From the NCBI GenBank assembly GCA_031411135.1, contig JANOAN010000006.1, forward strand, positions 272-64,271: 64,000 nucleotides of DNA, in the 5' to 3' direction. Within the stretch, counting starts at the first letter, position 1. Every line of letters starts with the position of its first letter. The stretch is from a bacterium. Lineage in GTDB: Bacteria > Patescibacteriota > Minisyncoccia > Phycocordibacterales > CAIZLB01. Both the position numbers and the translations under genes were made by a program. Shown one piece after another: positions 1-8,816 of this stretch. The notes below the pieces were generated by a model. That model was not told the DNA's origin and searched no databases. It was given only the letters and a program-made list of their open reading frames with translations.

Positions 1-645
<645 letters not shown>

Positions 646-862
646 AAGCACGTGATAATTGCCTTCTTCGGAAGCTTTATTACTTAATCGATCGATCATT
701 CACAGCAATGTGAATAGGAGTTCTACACTCTTGAAGGTAGAGGACTGAATCACCTAATGATTCTGACAGTTGGCAAAGCCCAGCCCCAACTAGGACAAAA
801 TAGTTGGTCGAATAGAATCTTTACTTTGTTATATACGTATTAAGTTTTTAGGGCGAATAAAG

Positions 863-929
863 AACACACTATTTGTGGCTCGAAGGTTTTCTGCTGAACT
901 CCTTCTAGGCACAAATAGTGTGTTTTTTT
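863..929 (+). terminator. long intrinsic-terminator-like hairpin downstream of the 16S
   Basis: Perfect 15-bp inverted repeat AACACACTATTTGTG (863-877) / CACAAATAGTGTGTT (910-924), loop of about 32 nt with an inner stem, followed by TTTTTT (923-929). Confidence 0.55.
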
Positions 930-1046
930 GTTGGAGGAAGAGGAAGGGGTCTCCGAGTCGCCCATTGTTAATTAATAGGATTTCTTCCTAAATATTTTAA
1001 GTTTTCTTTATTTTTTGTTCATGTTGTTTTGGTAGGTTGTTTGGTT

Positions 1047-1436
1047 ATGGAAAAAGATTTTGATAAGTGGAATAAGGAGAAGAAAAATGTAGACAAGAGA
1101 AATATTGATGCTAGATTGTTTTATAACCCACGTGAAATATGGTGGTGCTCACTTGGACTTAATGTTGGGGTAGAAACAGATGGTAAGCATGAAAATTTCG
1201 AAAGGCCGATACTTGTACTCAGAAAGTTTAATAAATATATGTTTTGGGGAATACCTATGACAAGTCAAGAAAGTCTGGGAGAGTTTCACCAAGAGATTAA
1301 TTATGAAGGTGGGAAGTCATGGGCTATGCTTTCTCAAATAAAAACAATTAGTACAAAACGATTGCTTCGTAAAATTACTACAATTTCAGAATTTCAGTTC
1401 AACTATCTCCGAGGAAAACTTAGGAGATTGATATAA
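1047..1436 (+). CDS. MazF/PemK/EndoA-family endoribonuclease-like protein, solitary (no cognate antitoxin ORF seen)
   Basis: REIWWCSLGLNVGVETDGKHENFERPILVL parallels the B. subtilis EndoA N-terminus ([24 protein letters not shown]). The C-terminal QIKTISTKRLLRKITTISEFQF parallels QIRTIDKQRLTDKITHLDDEMM. The track start at 1029 is a TTG; the first ATG is at 1047. There is an N-terminal extension of about 30 aa relative to canonical MazF. Confidence 0.65.
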   Translation: MEKDFDKWNKEKKNVDKRNIDARLFYNPREIWWCSLGLNVGVETDGKHENFERPILVLRKFNKYMFWGIPMTSQESLGEFHQEINYEGGKSWAMLSQIKTISTKRLLRKITTISEFQFNYLRGKLRRLI

Positions 1437-1444
1437 AAACGAAA

Positions 1445-1462
1445 GCCACCCTGCAGGGTGGC
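1445..1462 (+). terminator. perfect 18-nt palindrome hairpin after the MazF-like gene
   Basis: GCCACCCTGCAGGGTGGC lies 9 nt after the stop codon. There is no clear U-tract, so it could be a terminator or an RNA processing element. Confidence 0.35.
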
Positions 1463-1589
1463 AATCTCGGAGCCCGAAGGCCGTAATGAGGATATTATAT
1501 TCCTGTGAGAATTGGTGTCAAGTTTTAACCTCCTACCCTTGATTTTTGGCCTTTTTTTGGTACTCTATATAGGCGAAATTTGATTGCGT

Positions 1590-1662
1590 GCGCGTGTAGC
1601 TCAGTTGGTAGAGCAAACGACTGATACTCGTTAGGTCCCAAGTTCGAATCTTGGCACGCGCA
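1590..1662 (+). tRNA. tRNA-Ile (anticodon GAT)
   Basis: Manual fold: acceptor GCGCGTG/CACGCGC, D-arm GCTCAGTTGGTAGAGC, anticodon stem AACGA/TCGTT with loop CTGATAC, T-arm CCAAG-TTCGAAT-CTTGG, discriminator A. CCA is not encoded. Confidence 0.85.
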
Positions 1663-1740
1663 CGCAGTTCGATTTTTATTGCATGGTCATCCATGTGATA
1701 TTTCGATTCTCGCACAATTAATAAAAAAACCACAACACAT

Positions 1741-3165
1741 ATGTCAATGCACCTAGGAAAGAAAACAAAAATCGTAGCAACTATCGGTCCTGCAACTGAA
1801 TCTCAGGAACAGCTAGAAAAAATGCTAAAGGCTGGAATGAATGTAATGCGAATGAACTTTTCTCATGGAGATTTTGCGGAACATCAGCACAAGTTGGACA
1901 ACCTAAAGAAAGCAATGAAGAAAACTGGAATTCCAGCTGCTATTTTGCAAGACTTATCAGGTCCAAAGTTTCGAATCGGTGCTTTCTACCAAGAGCGAGT
2001 TAACTTGAAAGCAGGGGACTTTATTACACTTACTCCAGACAATATTGTTGGTGATGAAAAGCGAGTTTCGATCAACTACCCAACTCTTCATAAAGAATTG
2101 AAGGTAGGAAATATAATCATGGTTGACGATGGTAAAAAGAAATTTGAAGTGGTTGAAATCAAAGGCACAGACATTAAATGTAAAATCCTAATCGGTGGAG
2201 AAACAAAAGGAAAGAGAGGTGTGAACTTGCCAGGTGCATATTTGAAAGTTAGCTCTCTAACTGAAAAGGATAAAAAGGATGTTGTTTTTGGTATCAAGAA
2301 CAAAGTAGATATTGTTGCATTCTCGTTCGTAAGAACACCAGACGATGTTAAGGAACTTCGAGATATTTTGAATAAAGCAAAATCAAAAGCCCTTATCTGC
2401 TCTAAGATTGAAACTCAGGAAGCTGTTGAACATATCGATGAAATCGTAGAATTGTCTGACATGATCATGGTTGCTCGAGGAGACTTGGCAGTTGAAATCG
2501 GTTATGAAAATGTTCCAATCGTACAGAAAATGATGATTGAAAAGTGTAAGGCCGCTGGAAAGCCAGTTATTCTTGCCACTCAGGTTTTGGAATCTATGAT
2601 TTCAAGCCCAGTGCCAACAAGAGCTGAAGTTTCAGATATTGCAAACGGTATGCTTGACGGAGCTGACGCAATCATGTTGTCAGAAGAAACTACTTTAGGA
2701 AAGTTCCCATTTGCTGCTGTTGAGATGATTACACGAGTTGCTCTTAAGGTTGAAAATGATCCATATCACAAATTTATGGTGACAGGAGATCGAGGAGACC
2801 ACGACAATGTGAGTGAGGCGATTGCATCTGCGGCTGCAAAAACTGCTGACAGAATTGAAGCGACAGCGATTGTTGCAATGACAGATTTCGGTCACGCTGC
2901 ACGATTCGTTTCAAGACATCATCCAGCTCATCCAATTATCGTTATGACTCCAAATGAGACGACTTATAACCAAGTTTGTGCATTGTATGCATGTTATCCA
3001 GTTATGGTTCCCCGAGTTAAAACTTTTGAAGCTGCTCTGAAAATGGTGAAGCCACTTCTACAAAAGATGAAGTTGGTAAAGAAGGGTGATGAGATTGTAG
3101 TTCTATCAGGAGTGCCATTTGGACAGAAACATCAGACCAATTTGATGTCTGTTGAGATAATTTAA
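1741..3165 (+). CDS. pyk: pyruvate kinase
   Basis: 474 aa. N-terminus KTKIVATIGPA...MNVMRMNFSHG, and MVARGDLAVEIG, are Pyk hallmarks. Confidence 0.9.
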   Translation: MSMHLGKKTKIVATIGPATESQEQLEKMLKAGMNVMRMNFSHGDFAEHQHKLDNLKKAMKKTGIPAAILQDLSGPKFRIGAFYQERVNLKAGDFITLTPDNIVGDEKRVSINYPTLHKELKVGNIIMVDDGKKKFEVVEIKGTDIKCKILIGGETKGKRGVNLPGAYLKVSSLTEKDKKDVVFGIKNKVDIVAFSFVRTPDDVKELRDILNKAKSKALICSKIETQEAVEHIDEIVELSDMIMVARGDLAVEIGYENVPIVQKMMIEKCKAAGKPVILATQVLESMISSPVPTRAEVSDIANGMLDGADAIMLSEETTLGKFPFAAVEMITRVALKVENDPYHKFMVTGDRGDHDNVSEAIASAAAKTADRIEATAIVAMTDFGHAARFVSRHHPAHPIIVMTPNETTYNQVCALYACYPVMVPRVKTFEAALKMVKPLLQKMKLVKKGDEIVVLSGVPFGQKHQTNLMSVEII

Positions 3166-3190
3166 GAAAAATTTTTCCTTGATAGGAATA

Positions 3191-3220
3191 AAAACCACCT
3201 TTGCAATGAGGTGGTTTTTG
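3191..3220 (+). terminator. rho-independent terminator after pyk
   Basis: Stem CCACCT/AGGTGG around loop TTGCAATG, followed by TTTTT. Confidence 0.6.
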
Positions 3221-3336
3221 TTGTAAAGTCCAATTGAAAAACAGGCTTTCAGCTATAAAAAAGCCTAACTCAAACCCGCCAAAGACACTCGTCCTCGGCT
3301 GAGGGATGAGAAAGTACTTTGGCATAGAATCAAAAC

Positions 3337-4413
3337 ATGAAAAAAACCGATTTAGCAGGAATTCCTATGGAGGAAATAATGCGAAGGTATTCGGATTCAA
3401 CTGGAGCATTGGCACATCTCAAAACTGTGGCAAAGCCCGGAAGTCCGGATAATCCGGCACGGCGCCGTCACATATACAAAGTGGATTTTCAAGCCCTCGA
3501 TGATCCTTGGGTCCGGGATAGTTCGGTCACTCTTTCCTCGAAAGGTCAGAGAAGAATGGCACAAAAAAATCAGGTGGCATCTTCACCAAACATTCCACAC
3601 ATGAGAAATCGTGCGACTCACGGTGGAGAAGTGGTGGGACACTCGATCAGGATTGCAGACCACCTCGGTCTTAATCCTTGGCTTGCACAGTCAATTGCAC
3701 TTGTGCATGATCTTGGGCATGTGCCGTTTGGGCATCAAGGTGAACACTACCTTGCAGAGAAAATGGGGAAACAGTTCACCCATGAGGTGATGGGTGTGGT
3801 CGTCTGCCAACATGTAGAGCGCGGAGGGACGGGGCTTAACCACACTTATGCAACCCTCGATGGTGGCTGGAGGCATTCAGGAAAGAACACTTCGCCGCTC
3901 ATGACTCATGAGGCCTGGATTGTGAGGTATGCGGACAAGTTTGCGTACCTCTTCGCGGACTTCAATGACTTCGAACGTTTGCGGTGGCAGTGTGCGAGGG
4001 AGCTGAGGGATCTTGTGGCCTGGTTTGGTCACAATCAACGTGACCGAACATTCAGGTGTATGGTTTCGCTCTGTGAAGAATCAAAGGCCGCTGGCAAAGT
4101 GGTTTTCGAAACGAGCGATGTTGCGGTGAACTTCGATCGACTAAGGACTCTGATGTATCACGAATATGTCAGGGTGGTCGAACAGGATGTATCGAGATTT
4201 CTCGATCCGATCTGGAACTTCATCGAGGGAATGGAATTGAACCCTGCCCTCGGCGTGGCACTGCTCACAGATGCAGAAGTCTTGGATCTCAGTAAAAATG
4301 GAATGTTGAGCTGGTCTCACTTCAGCAACACCGGCCTCTGTGAGATTGTTCGCAGGTTGGGAGAGGAGAAGTTCAACAAGGTCGACATGATGAGTCTCGA
4401 CCTCGACTGGTAA
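3337..4413 (+). CDS. HD-domain dNTP triphosphohydrolase (dGTPase family)-like protein, encoded on a GC-rich island
   Basis: HMRNRATHGGEVVGHSIRIADHLGLNPWLAQSIALVHDLGHVPFGHQGEHYL matches the dGTPase motif block (RNRLTHSLEV...HDIGHPPFGH.GE). IVRYADKFAYLFADFNDF matches the family's (I)ADxIAY...D(L/F)DD segment. GC is clearly higher than in the flanking genes. Confidence 0.7.
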   Translation: MKKTDLAGIPMEEIMRRYSDSTGALAHLKTVAKPGSPDNPARRRHIYKVDFQALDDPWVRDSSVTLSSKGQRRMAQKNQVASSPNIPHMRNRATHGGEVVGHSIRIADHLGLNPWLAQSIALVHDLGHVPFGHQGEHYLAEKMGKQFTHEVMGVVVCQHVERGGTGLNHTYATLDGGWRHSGKNTSPLMTHEAWIVRYADKFAYLFADFNDFERLRWQCARELRDLVAWFGHNQRDRTFRCMVSLCEESKAAGKVVFETSDVAVNFDRLRTLMYHEYVRVVEQDVSRFLDPIWNFIEGMELNPALGVALLTDAEVLDLSKNGMLSWSHFSNTGLCEIVRRLGEEKFNKVDMMSLDLDW

Positions 4414-4419
4414 AATTGT

Positions 4420-4446
4420 CCCCCTGGCGCGCTTTGTGCCAGGGGG
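4420..4446 (+). terminator. GC-rich hairpin after the HD-domain gene
   Basis: CCCCCTGGC gcgctttgt GCCAGGGGG, 9-bp stem, then an AT-rich tract. Confidence 0.5.
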
Positions 4447-4482
4447 ATTGCTATTTATATAGATCGTGTAGAATAATCGAAT

Positions 4483-5178
4483 ATGTTAAGAATTCAAACA
4501 ACAGACGATCCAAAAGGGAATGCAGGTGCGTACATAAACAGTCTCCTCGCAACTCATGCTGATAAACCAGTGCTTCTTATGCTTTCAGGTGGTTCGTCAC
4601 GTGAAATCATCGATCTTCTTGATGACGAGCTTTTAACTGATCAAGTAACAATCACAGTGACAGACGAAAGGTACACAGAAGATTTGGAAGAAAATAACTT
4701 TGCCCATATTCAAGGTACACATTTCTACAACGATTCAATTGCGGCAGGAAGCTTCTGCATAGACACTCAGATTTTCTCTGGTGAAAGTCATGAAGAACAC
4801 GCAAAGCGATTTGATAAGAATTTGAAGGAATGGAAGCGAGATTTTCCAAATGGAAAAATTATTGCACTTTTCGGTGTTGGTAAGGATGGGCATATTGCGG
4901 GGATGATTCCTGGGACCGAGAATTTTGATGCAAAGTTTAATAATCCAGATGTTTGGGCAGTGGATTTGAAGGATGTGAAGTTTGAAAGAACAACGACGAC
5001 TTTTCCATTTTTGAAGTTAATTGATTTTCCGCTGGTGTATATTGCTGGGGCTGAAAAAGCGGAAGCTTTGGCAAGAACAGTGGCAAAGGAAGGGGACTTA
5101 CACACAACACCTGCTCGTATTCTAAATGAAATGAAGGAACCGATTGTGTTTACGGATATTTCGGTGGAGGGGGTTTAG
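4483..5178 (+). CDS. pgl: 6-phosphogluconolactonase/glucosamine-6-phosphate isomerase family protein (likely 6-phosphogluconolactonase)
   Basis: LLMLSGGSS...DERY...GVGKDGHIAGMIPG matches the Pgl/NagB signature (SGGS, DER, G.G.DGH.AS.FPG). Confidence 0.65.
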   Translation: MLRIQTTDDPKGNAGAYINSLLATHADKPVLLMLSGGSSREIIDLLDDELLTDQVTITVTDERYTEDLEENNFAHIQGTHFYNDSIAAGSFCIDTQIFSGESHEEHAKRFDKNLKEWKRDFPNGKIIALFGVGKDGHIAGMIPGTENFDAKFNNPDVWAVDLKDVKFERTTTTFPFLKLIDFPLVYIAGAEKAEALARTVAKEGDLHTTPARILNEMKEPIVFTDISVEGV

Positions 5179-5216
5179 TGGTAAATTATTTGATATAATC
5201 TAATTAATCTAAAAAT

Positions 5217-5444
5217 ATGAATTCACCCCTAGATATTCTTAAGAACAGCTTCAGTAGTTTTCTACAGCCAGCAATATTAATTCCAATACTTTGTGTATTC
5301 GCGTTGGGTATGATGCTTTCACCAAAACCAGGTACGGGATCGAAGGGTTTAAAAATGATTTCAATATTTATAGTTCTGGGAATATTACTTGGTTTCTTTG
5401 TAGTTGTTGCATATAGAGGTGGATTTAATTGGATTTTTAAGTAA
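5217..5444 (+). CDS. small membrane protein (2 predicted TM helices), hypothetical
   Basis: 75 aa with two hydrophobic stretches. An antisense ORF overlaps, so existence is uncertain. Confidence 0.3.
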   Translation: MNSPLDILKNSFSSFLQPAILIPILCVFALGMMLSPKPGTGSKGLKMISIFIVLGILLGFFVVVAYRGGFNWIFK

Positions 5445-5513
5445 GTAGGTTTGAAAATTCTCCCTCCTTTGGAGTATTGCCACCCCAAACACTTAATGGT
5501 ATATACTAACTCC

Positions 5514-6200
5514 ATGCACCAAGGCACCCTCTACGTAGTAGCAACTCCCATCGGAAATCTCGAAGACATAACCCTTCGAGCATTAAGAATACTCAAAGAA
5601 GCAGATGTAATTTTGTGTGAGGATACAAGGACTACTAAGAAGTTACTTTCTCAATACGAAATCAATACCAAAACCGAAAGCTTCCACACCCACACAACCG
5701 ATGCAAAATTAGAGGCCATAATCACCTCACTAGAAAGCGGCACAAAAATGGCCATGGTTACCGACGCAGGAACACCAGGAATCTCTGACCCAGGAGCAAT
5801 GCTAATAAATAGAATAATCACTTTACAAAGGAATGTAAAAATTGAATCTATCCCAGGTCCTAGTGCCCTCACTGCAGCGTTCTCAATTTCAGGTGTTATT
5901 ACCTCAGATTTTACCTTTTTAGGCTTTATTCCTCATAAAAAGGGTAGAGAGACCATGTTCAAGGAAATTAGCAATTCAGAACGAGCTGTTGTTTTTTACG
6001 AGTCCACACATCGCATTGTAAAAACACTTGAAGCACTTACGAAGCATTTAAATCCAGAAAGAAAAATTTCAGTAGCAAGAGAGCTTACAAAAATTTATGA
6101 AGAGGTTAGGTGTGACACTGCAGAAAATCTTTTGAAGTATTTTACAGAAAATCCAGTTAAGAAGAAGGGAGAGTTTGTGGGTATTGTTTGGGGGCGGTGA
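5514..6200 (+). CDS. rsmI: 16S rRNA (cytidine1402-2'-O)-methyltransferase RsmI
   Basis: LYVVATPIGNLEDITLRALRILKEADVILCEDTR is the RsmI N-terminal signature. The track ORF starts at 5451; the start was trimmed to the ATG at 5514, which has TGGTATATA 8 nt upstream. The TGA stop at 6198-6200 shows TGA is a stop in this genome. Confidence 0.8.
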   Translation: MHQGTLYVVATPIGNLEDITLRALRILKEADVILCEDTRTTKKLLSQYEINTKTESFHTHTTDAKLEAIITSLESGTKMAMVTDAGTPGISDPGAMLINRIITLQRNVKIESIPGPSALTAAFSISGVITSDFTFLGFIPHKKGRETMFKEISNSERAVVFYESTHRIVKTLEALTKHLNPERKISVARELTKIYEEVRCDTAENLLKYFTENPVKKKGEFVGIVWGR

Positions 6201-6262
6201 CCGTTGACAGCAGAGTGTTTTAATGTTATTTTTTGGAAAATAGAGATCTTTGAATCCAACCT

Positions 6263-6312
6263 TAACTACAGTACAAAGTGAGTTTTTTGAAGCTGATTTT
6301 GTACTGTGGTTA
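6263..6312 (+). other. long hairpin (15-bp stem with one G-U pair, 19-nt loop) in the rsmI-to-6366 intergenic region
   Basis: TAACTACAGTACAAA (6263-6277) pairs with TTTGTACTGTGGTTA (6298-6312). A TTGACA-17-TATTTT promoter-like element sits at 6204-6232 just upstream. Confidence 0.45.
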
Positions 6313-6365
6313 AGCTATGTGCTGAAGCCAATACAGTAACGAAAAACAAAAAATAGGATTATAAC

Positions 6366-6827
6366 ATGATAAAAGCAAGCGGAATCATCGACGTTCTCAT
6401 TCAACAAACAGGGCAAATCCCTCACATCGGTCCCGACGGGGTGACCAGGTTTATGAAAGTTCATGCGCCGGCGTGGACCGCACTTCTCAAATCGAATCTC
6501 AGGTGTCGGATTGTGAATCCGAGAGAGTGGTTCAACAAACCCTCCACCGAAAAGCTCACTGCGGGAGAAATCCTGGATGACAGGGTTCTCGCATCCAAAG
6601 GCCTCAGTCGGTGTATCGATTTCGATCCCGTGATCCTCAGAATGCTTATTATCAATCAGGACGAACACCCGAACATTTTTGTCGGAATGAAACCTGTTGA
6701 TGATGAGCTCTTCTGTCTCAGGAAGAATGGCCCTGAACTGACCCTTCAGACCTGTGGGTGTGGCTCCGAAATCGACTTTGGGATCGGTGCACCCGGCCAG
6801 TACACCTGGATCTTCCGAGAGATCTAA
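6366..6827 (+). CDS. hypothetical protein on a GC-rich island (no family recognised)
   Basis: 153-aa ORF that exactly spans the GC-rich block. AGGA lies 7 nt upstream. A strong 13-bp hairpin follows 16 nt after the stop. An in-register antisense ORF (6315..6884, minus) is an alternative, but it reads through that hairpin and extends into AT-rich flanks, so the plus strand is preferred. Confidence 0.4.
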   Translation: MIKASGIIDVLIQQTGQIPHIGPDGVTRFMKVHAPAWTALLKSNLRCRIVNPREWFNKPSTEKLTAGEILDDRVLASKGLSRCIDFDPVILRMLIINQDEHPNIFVGMKPVDDELFCLRKNGPELTLQTCGCGSEIDFGIGAPGQYTWIFREI

Positions 6828-6842
6828 TCTACCATCTATAAC

Positions 6843-6876
6843 AACCTCGAGCGCGAATCGCGCTCGAGGTTGTTTC
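6843..6876 (+). terminator. strong hairpin terminator (13-bp stem AACCTCGAGCGCG / CGCGCTCGAGGTT, loop AAT)
   Basis: The perfect inverted repeat is read directly from the sequence. It is followed by GTTTCAT and separates the 6366 ORF from the ATPase promoter. Confidence 0.55.
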
Positions 6877-6917
6877 ATATCCATATTCCTTTTCTTATTA
6901 TGTTATAATATCTCCAA

Positions 6918-8816
6918 ATGTCCTCTCACGATGAAAATCGCATAACATATTTTGGTGAAACTGATGCCCGTAATCGGCAACTTCGTTTTGGTATTAAAAT
7001 GGAAGATCGTTTAAAACACATTTACGCCATTGGGAAAACGGGTATGGGAAAATCTACTTTACTTGAAAATATGGCTATTCAAGATATTCAAAATGGTGAA
7101 GGAATGGCTTTCATTGATCCGCACGGAAAGTCAGCTGAATTTTTACTTGATTATATTCCAGAACATCGCATTAAAGACGTGGTGTATTTTGCGCCGTTTG
7201 ACATGGAACACCCAGTGGCGTTTAACGTAATGGAGGACGTGGGGGCAGATCGCAGGCACCTTGTCGCAAACGGTTTGATGAGTGCATTCAAAAAGATTTG
7301 GGTTGATGCATGGAGCGCCCGAATGGAATATATTTTGAATAATATCATGTTGGCGTTGTTAGAGTTTCCTGGATCAACACTTCTTGGTGTGAACCGAATG
7401 CTCGCAGATAAAGAATTTCGTAACAAAGTTGTCTCTAATATTACCGATCCCTCAGTAAAATCTTTCTGGGTTGATGAGTATGCAAAATATACTGACAAGT
7501 TTGCCGCTGAAGCCGCCCCAGCCATCCAGAACAAGGTTGGACAATTCGTCGCAAACCCAATTATTCGAAATATTATTGGACAAGCCAAGTCTACTTTTGA
7601 TATTAGAAAGATGATGGACGAAAGGAAAATTTTGATTATTAACCTTTCAAAAGGAAGAGTGGGAGAAGCCAACGCGAACTTGATAGGAAGTATGCTTGTG
7701 ACGAAAATTTATTTAGCTGCGATGTCACGAGCGGACTTGTCGGAAAGCGCAATGAAGGCTGCCGCTCCATTTTATCTTTATGTGGATGAGTTCCAATCAT
7801 TTGCCAACGAATCATTTGCGGATATTTTGTCGGAAGCCAGAAAATATAAATTGAGCCTAACAATCGCTCACCAGTATATTGAACAAATGCCGGATGAGGT
7901 GCGCTCCGCTGTATTTGGTAACGTCGGCACAATGATTACGTTTCGCGTTGGTGCCACAGACGGAGAGGTTCTTGAAAAAGAATTTATCCCAACATTTACA
8001 CAGGAGGACTTGGTAAACCTTGGACGATACCAGATGTATTTAAAACTAATGATTGATGGGGTAAGTTCACGTCCGTTTTCCGCGCGTTCAATGCTTCCAA
8101 TCGCAAAACCTGAAATAAATTACAAAGACCAAATTGTTGCCGCTTCTCGCGAACAGTTCGCCCGACCACGCGCAATAGTAGAAGAAGAAATCAAAGGTTG
8201 GCACCTACAGAGATTTAATGATGGTCCAGTGCTTGTGCAGAACAAGGATGCGCGGCCAAAAGAATATCGTGGTGACCGTCCACAAGGACAAACAAACAAT
8301 CATCATGCTCCGTCTAGAGATAGAGGGAACGATCGGTCACATCCGTCTCAATATAATAAACCAGACAGTAGGCCAGACCGCCCTCCAATGCGAGATTTTA
8401 ACGCTCCACGACCTGCCTTAAGTCAAAACTCGCAACCACCACAAAACCAATTTAATACACCAAGGCAGCCTAACCCTCCTGTTCAAAACGCAGGATCAAA
8501 AATGGTTCTTGCTGACGCAATTAAAAAGGCGACCTTGGAAAGAGAGACAGCTTTAAAAGTTGAAGACAAAAAGAAAGTCGAAAGTGAAAACGATTTGCGA
8601 AAGGCCATTTCCCTAAGTTACTTGGAACATGACACTTTAAAGCCTGAAAAAAATGAAAAATCTGCGAAACCAGAACAGATTAATATGTTACGTGATTTGA
8701 TTGCAACCAAAAAAGAAATACCTCAAGAACAACCGAAATCACAACCAATTGTGTCTGCTCCAAAAAAACCAAATGAAGTTCCTGAAGAAGTTTTAAAAAA
8801 TATTCTGAACAGCTAG
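6918..8816 (+). CDS. VirD4/TraG/TraD-family (type IV coupling-protein-like) P-loop ATPase, soluble form, with a roughly 200-aa low-complexity C-terminal tail
   Basis: Walker A AIGKTGMGKST and Walker B FYLYVDEFQSF. LSLTIAHQYIEQMPDEVRSAVFGNVGTMITFRVGATDGEVLEKEF matches the TraG/TraD C-terminal (TraG-D_C-like) block. No N-terminal TM helices. The tail (about aa 440-632) is rich in P/Q/N/R, then K/E. Own extended -10 TGTTATAAT at 6901-6909. Confidence 0.6.
   Translation: MSSHDENRITYFGETDARNRQLRFGIKMEDRLKHIYAIGKTGMGKSTLLENMAIQDIQNGEGMAFIDPHGKSAEFLLDYIPEHRIKDVVYFAPFDMEHPVAFNVMEDVGADRRHLVANGLMSAFKKIWVDAWSARMEYILNNIMLALLEFPGSTLLGVNRMLADKEFRNKVVSNITDPSVKSFWVDEYAKYTDKFAAEAAPAIQNKVGQFVANPIIRNIIGQAKSTFDIRKMMDERKILIINLSKGRVGEANANLIGSMLVTKIYLAAMSRADLSESAMKAAAPFYLYVDEFQSFANESFADILSEARKYKLSLTIAHQYIEQMPDEVRSAVFGNVGTMITFRVGATDGEVLEKEFIPTFTQEDLVNLGRYQMYLKLMIDGVSSRPFSARSMLPIAKPEINYKDQIVAASREQFARPRAIVEEEIKGWHLQRFNDGPVLVQNKDARPKEYRGDRPQGQTNNHHAPSRDRGNDRSHPSQYNKPDSRPDRPPMRDFNAPRPALSQNSQPPQNQFNTPRQPNPPVQNAGSKMVLADAIKKATLERETALKVEDKKKVESENDLRKAISLSYLEHDTLKPEKNEKSAKPEQINMLRDLIATKKEIPQEQPKSQPIVSAPKKPNEVPEEVLKNILNS

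Noticed and set aside
1533-1733. 66-aa minus-strand ORF
   Set aside because: It is antisense to, and fully overlaps, the tRNA-Ile gene and its flanks. No support.
2088-2303. Numerous short antisense or out-of-frame track ORFs inside confident genes (for example 2088..2303, 2695..2895, 7151..7672, 30307..30761, 38422..38965, 54196..54464)
   Set aside because: These are shadow ORFs embedded in pyk, the ATPase, secA, gatB and the PG-binding protein gene. There are no independent signals.
5204-5527. 107-aa minus-strand ORF
   Set aside because: It overlaps the rsmI 5' end, promoter box and the small plus-strand membrane ORF. The composition looks like antisense of an AT-rich intergenic region.
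6198-6200. Possible UGA recoding (as in some CPR lineages that lack RF2)
   Set aside because: rsmI ends on TGA at the expected length. ORFs predicted under the standard code are full-length relative to homologs. Only RF1 is in the window, but that alone is not evidence.
6315-6884. 189-aa minus-strand ORF across the GC-rich island
   Set aside because: It is in exact codon register with the plus-strand ORF (shadow ORF). Its N-terminus is translated through a 13-bp perfect hairpin, and its C-terminus runs out into AT-rich flank. It is kept only as an alternative in the finding.
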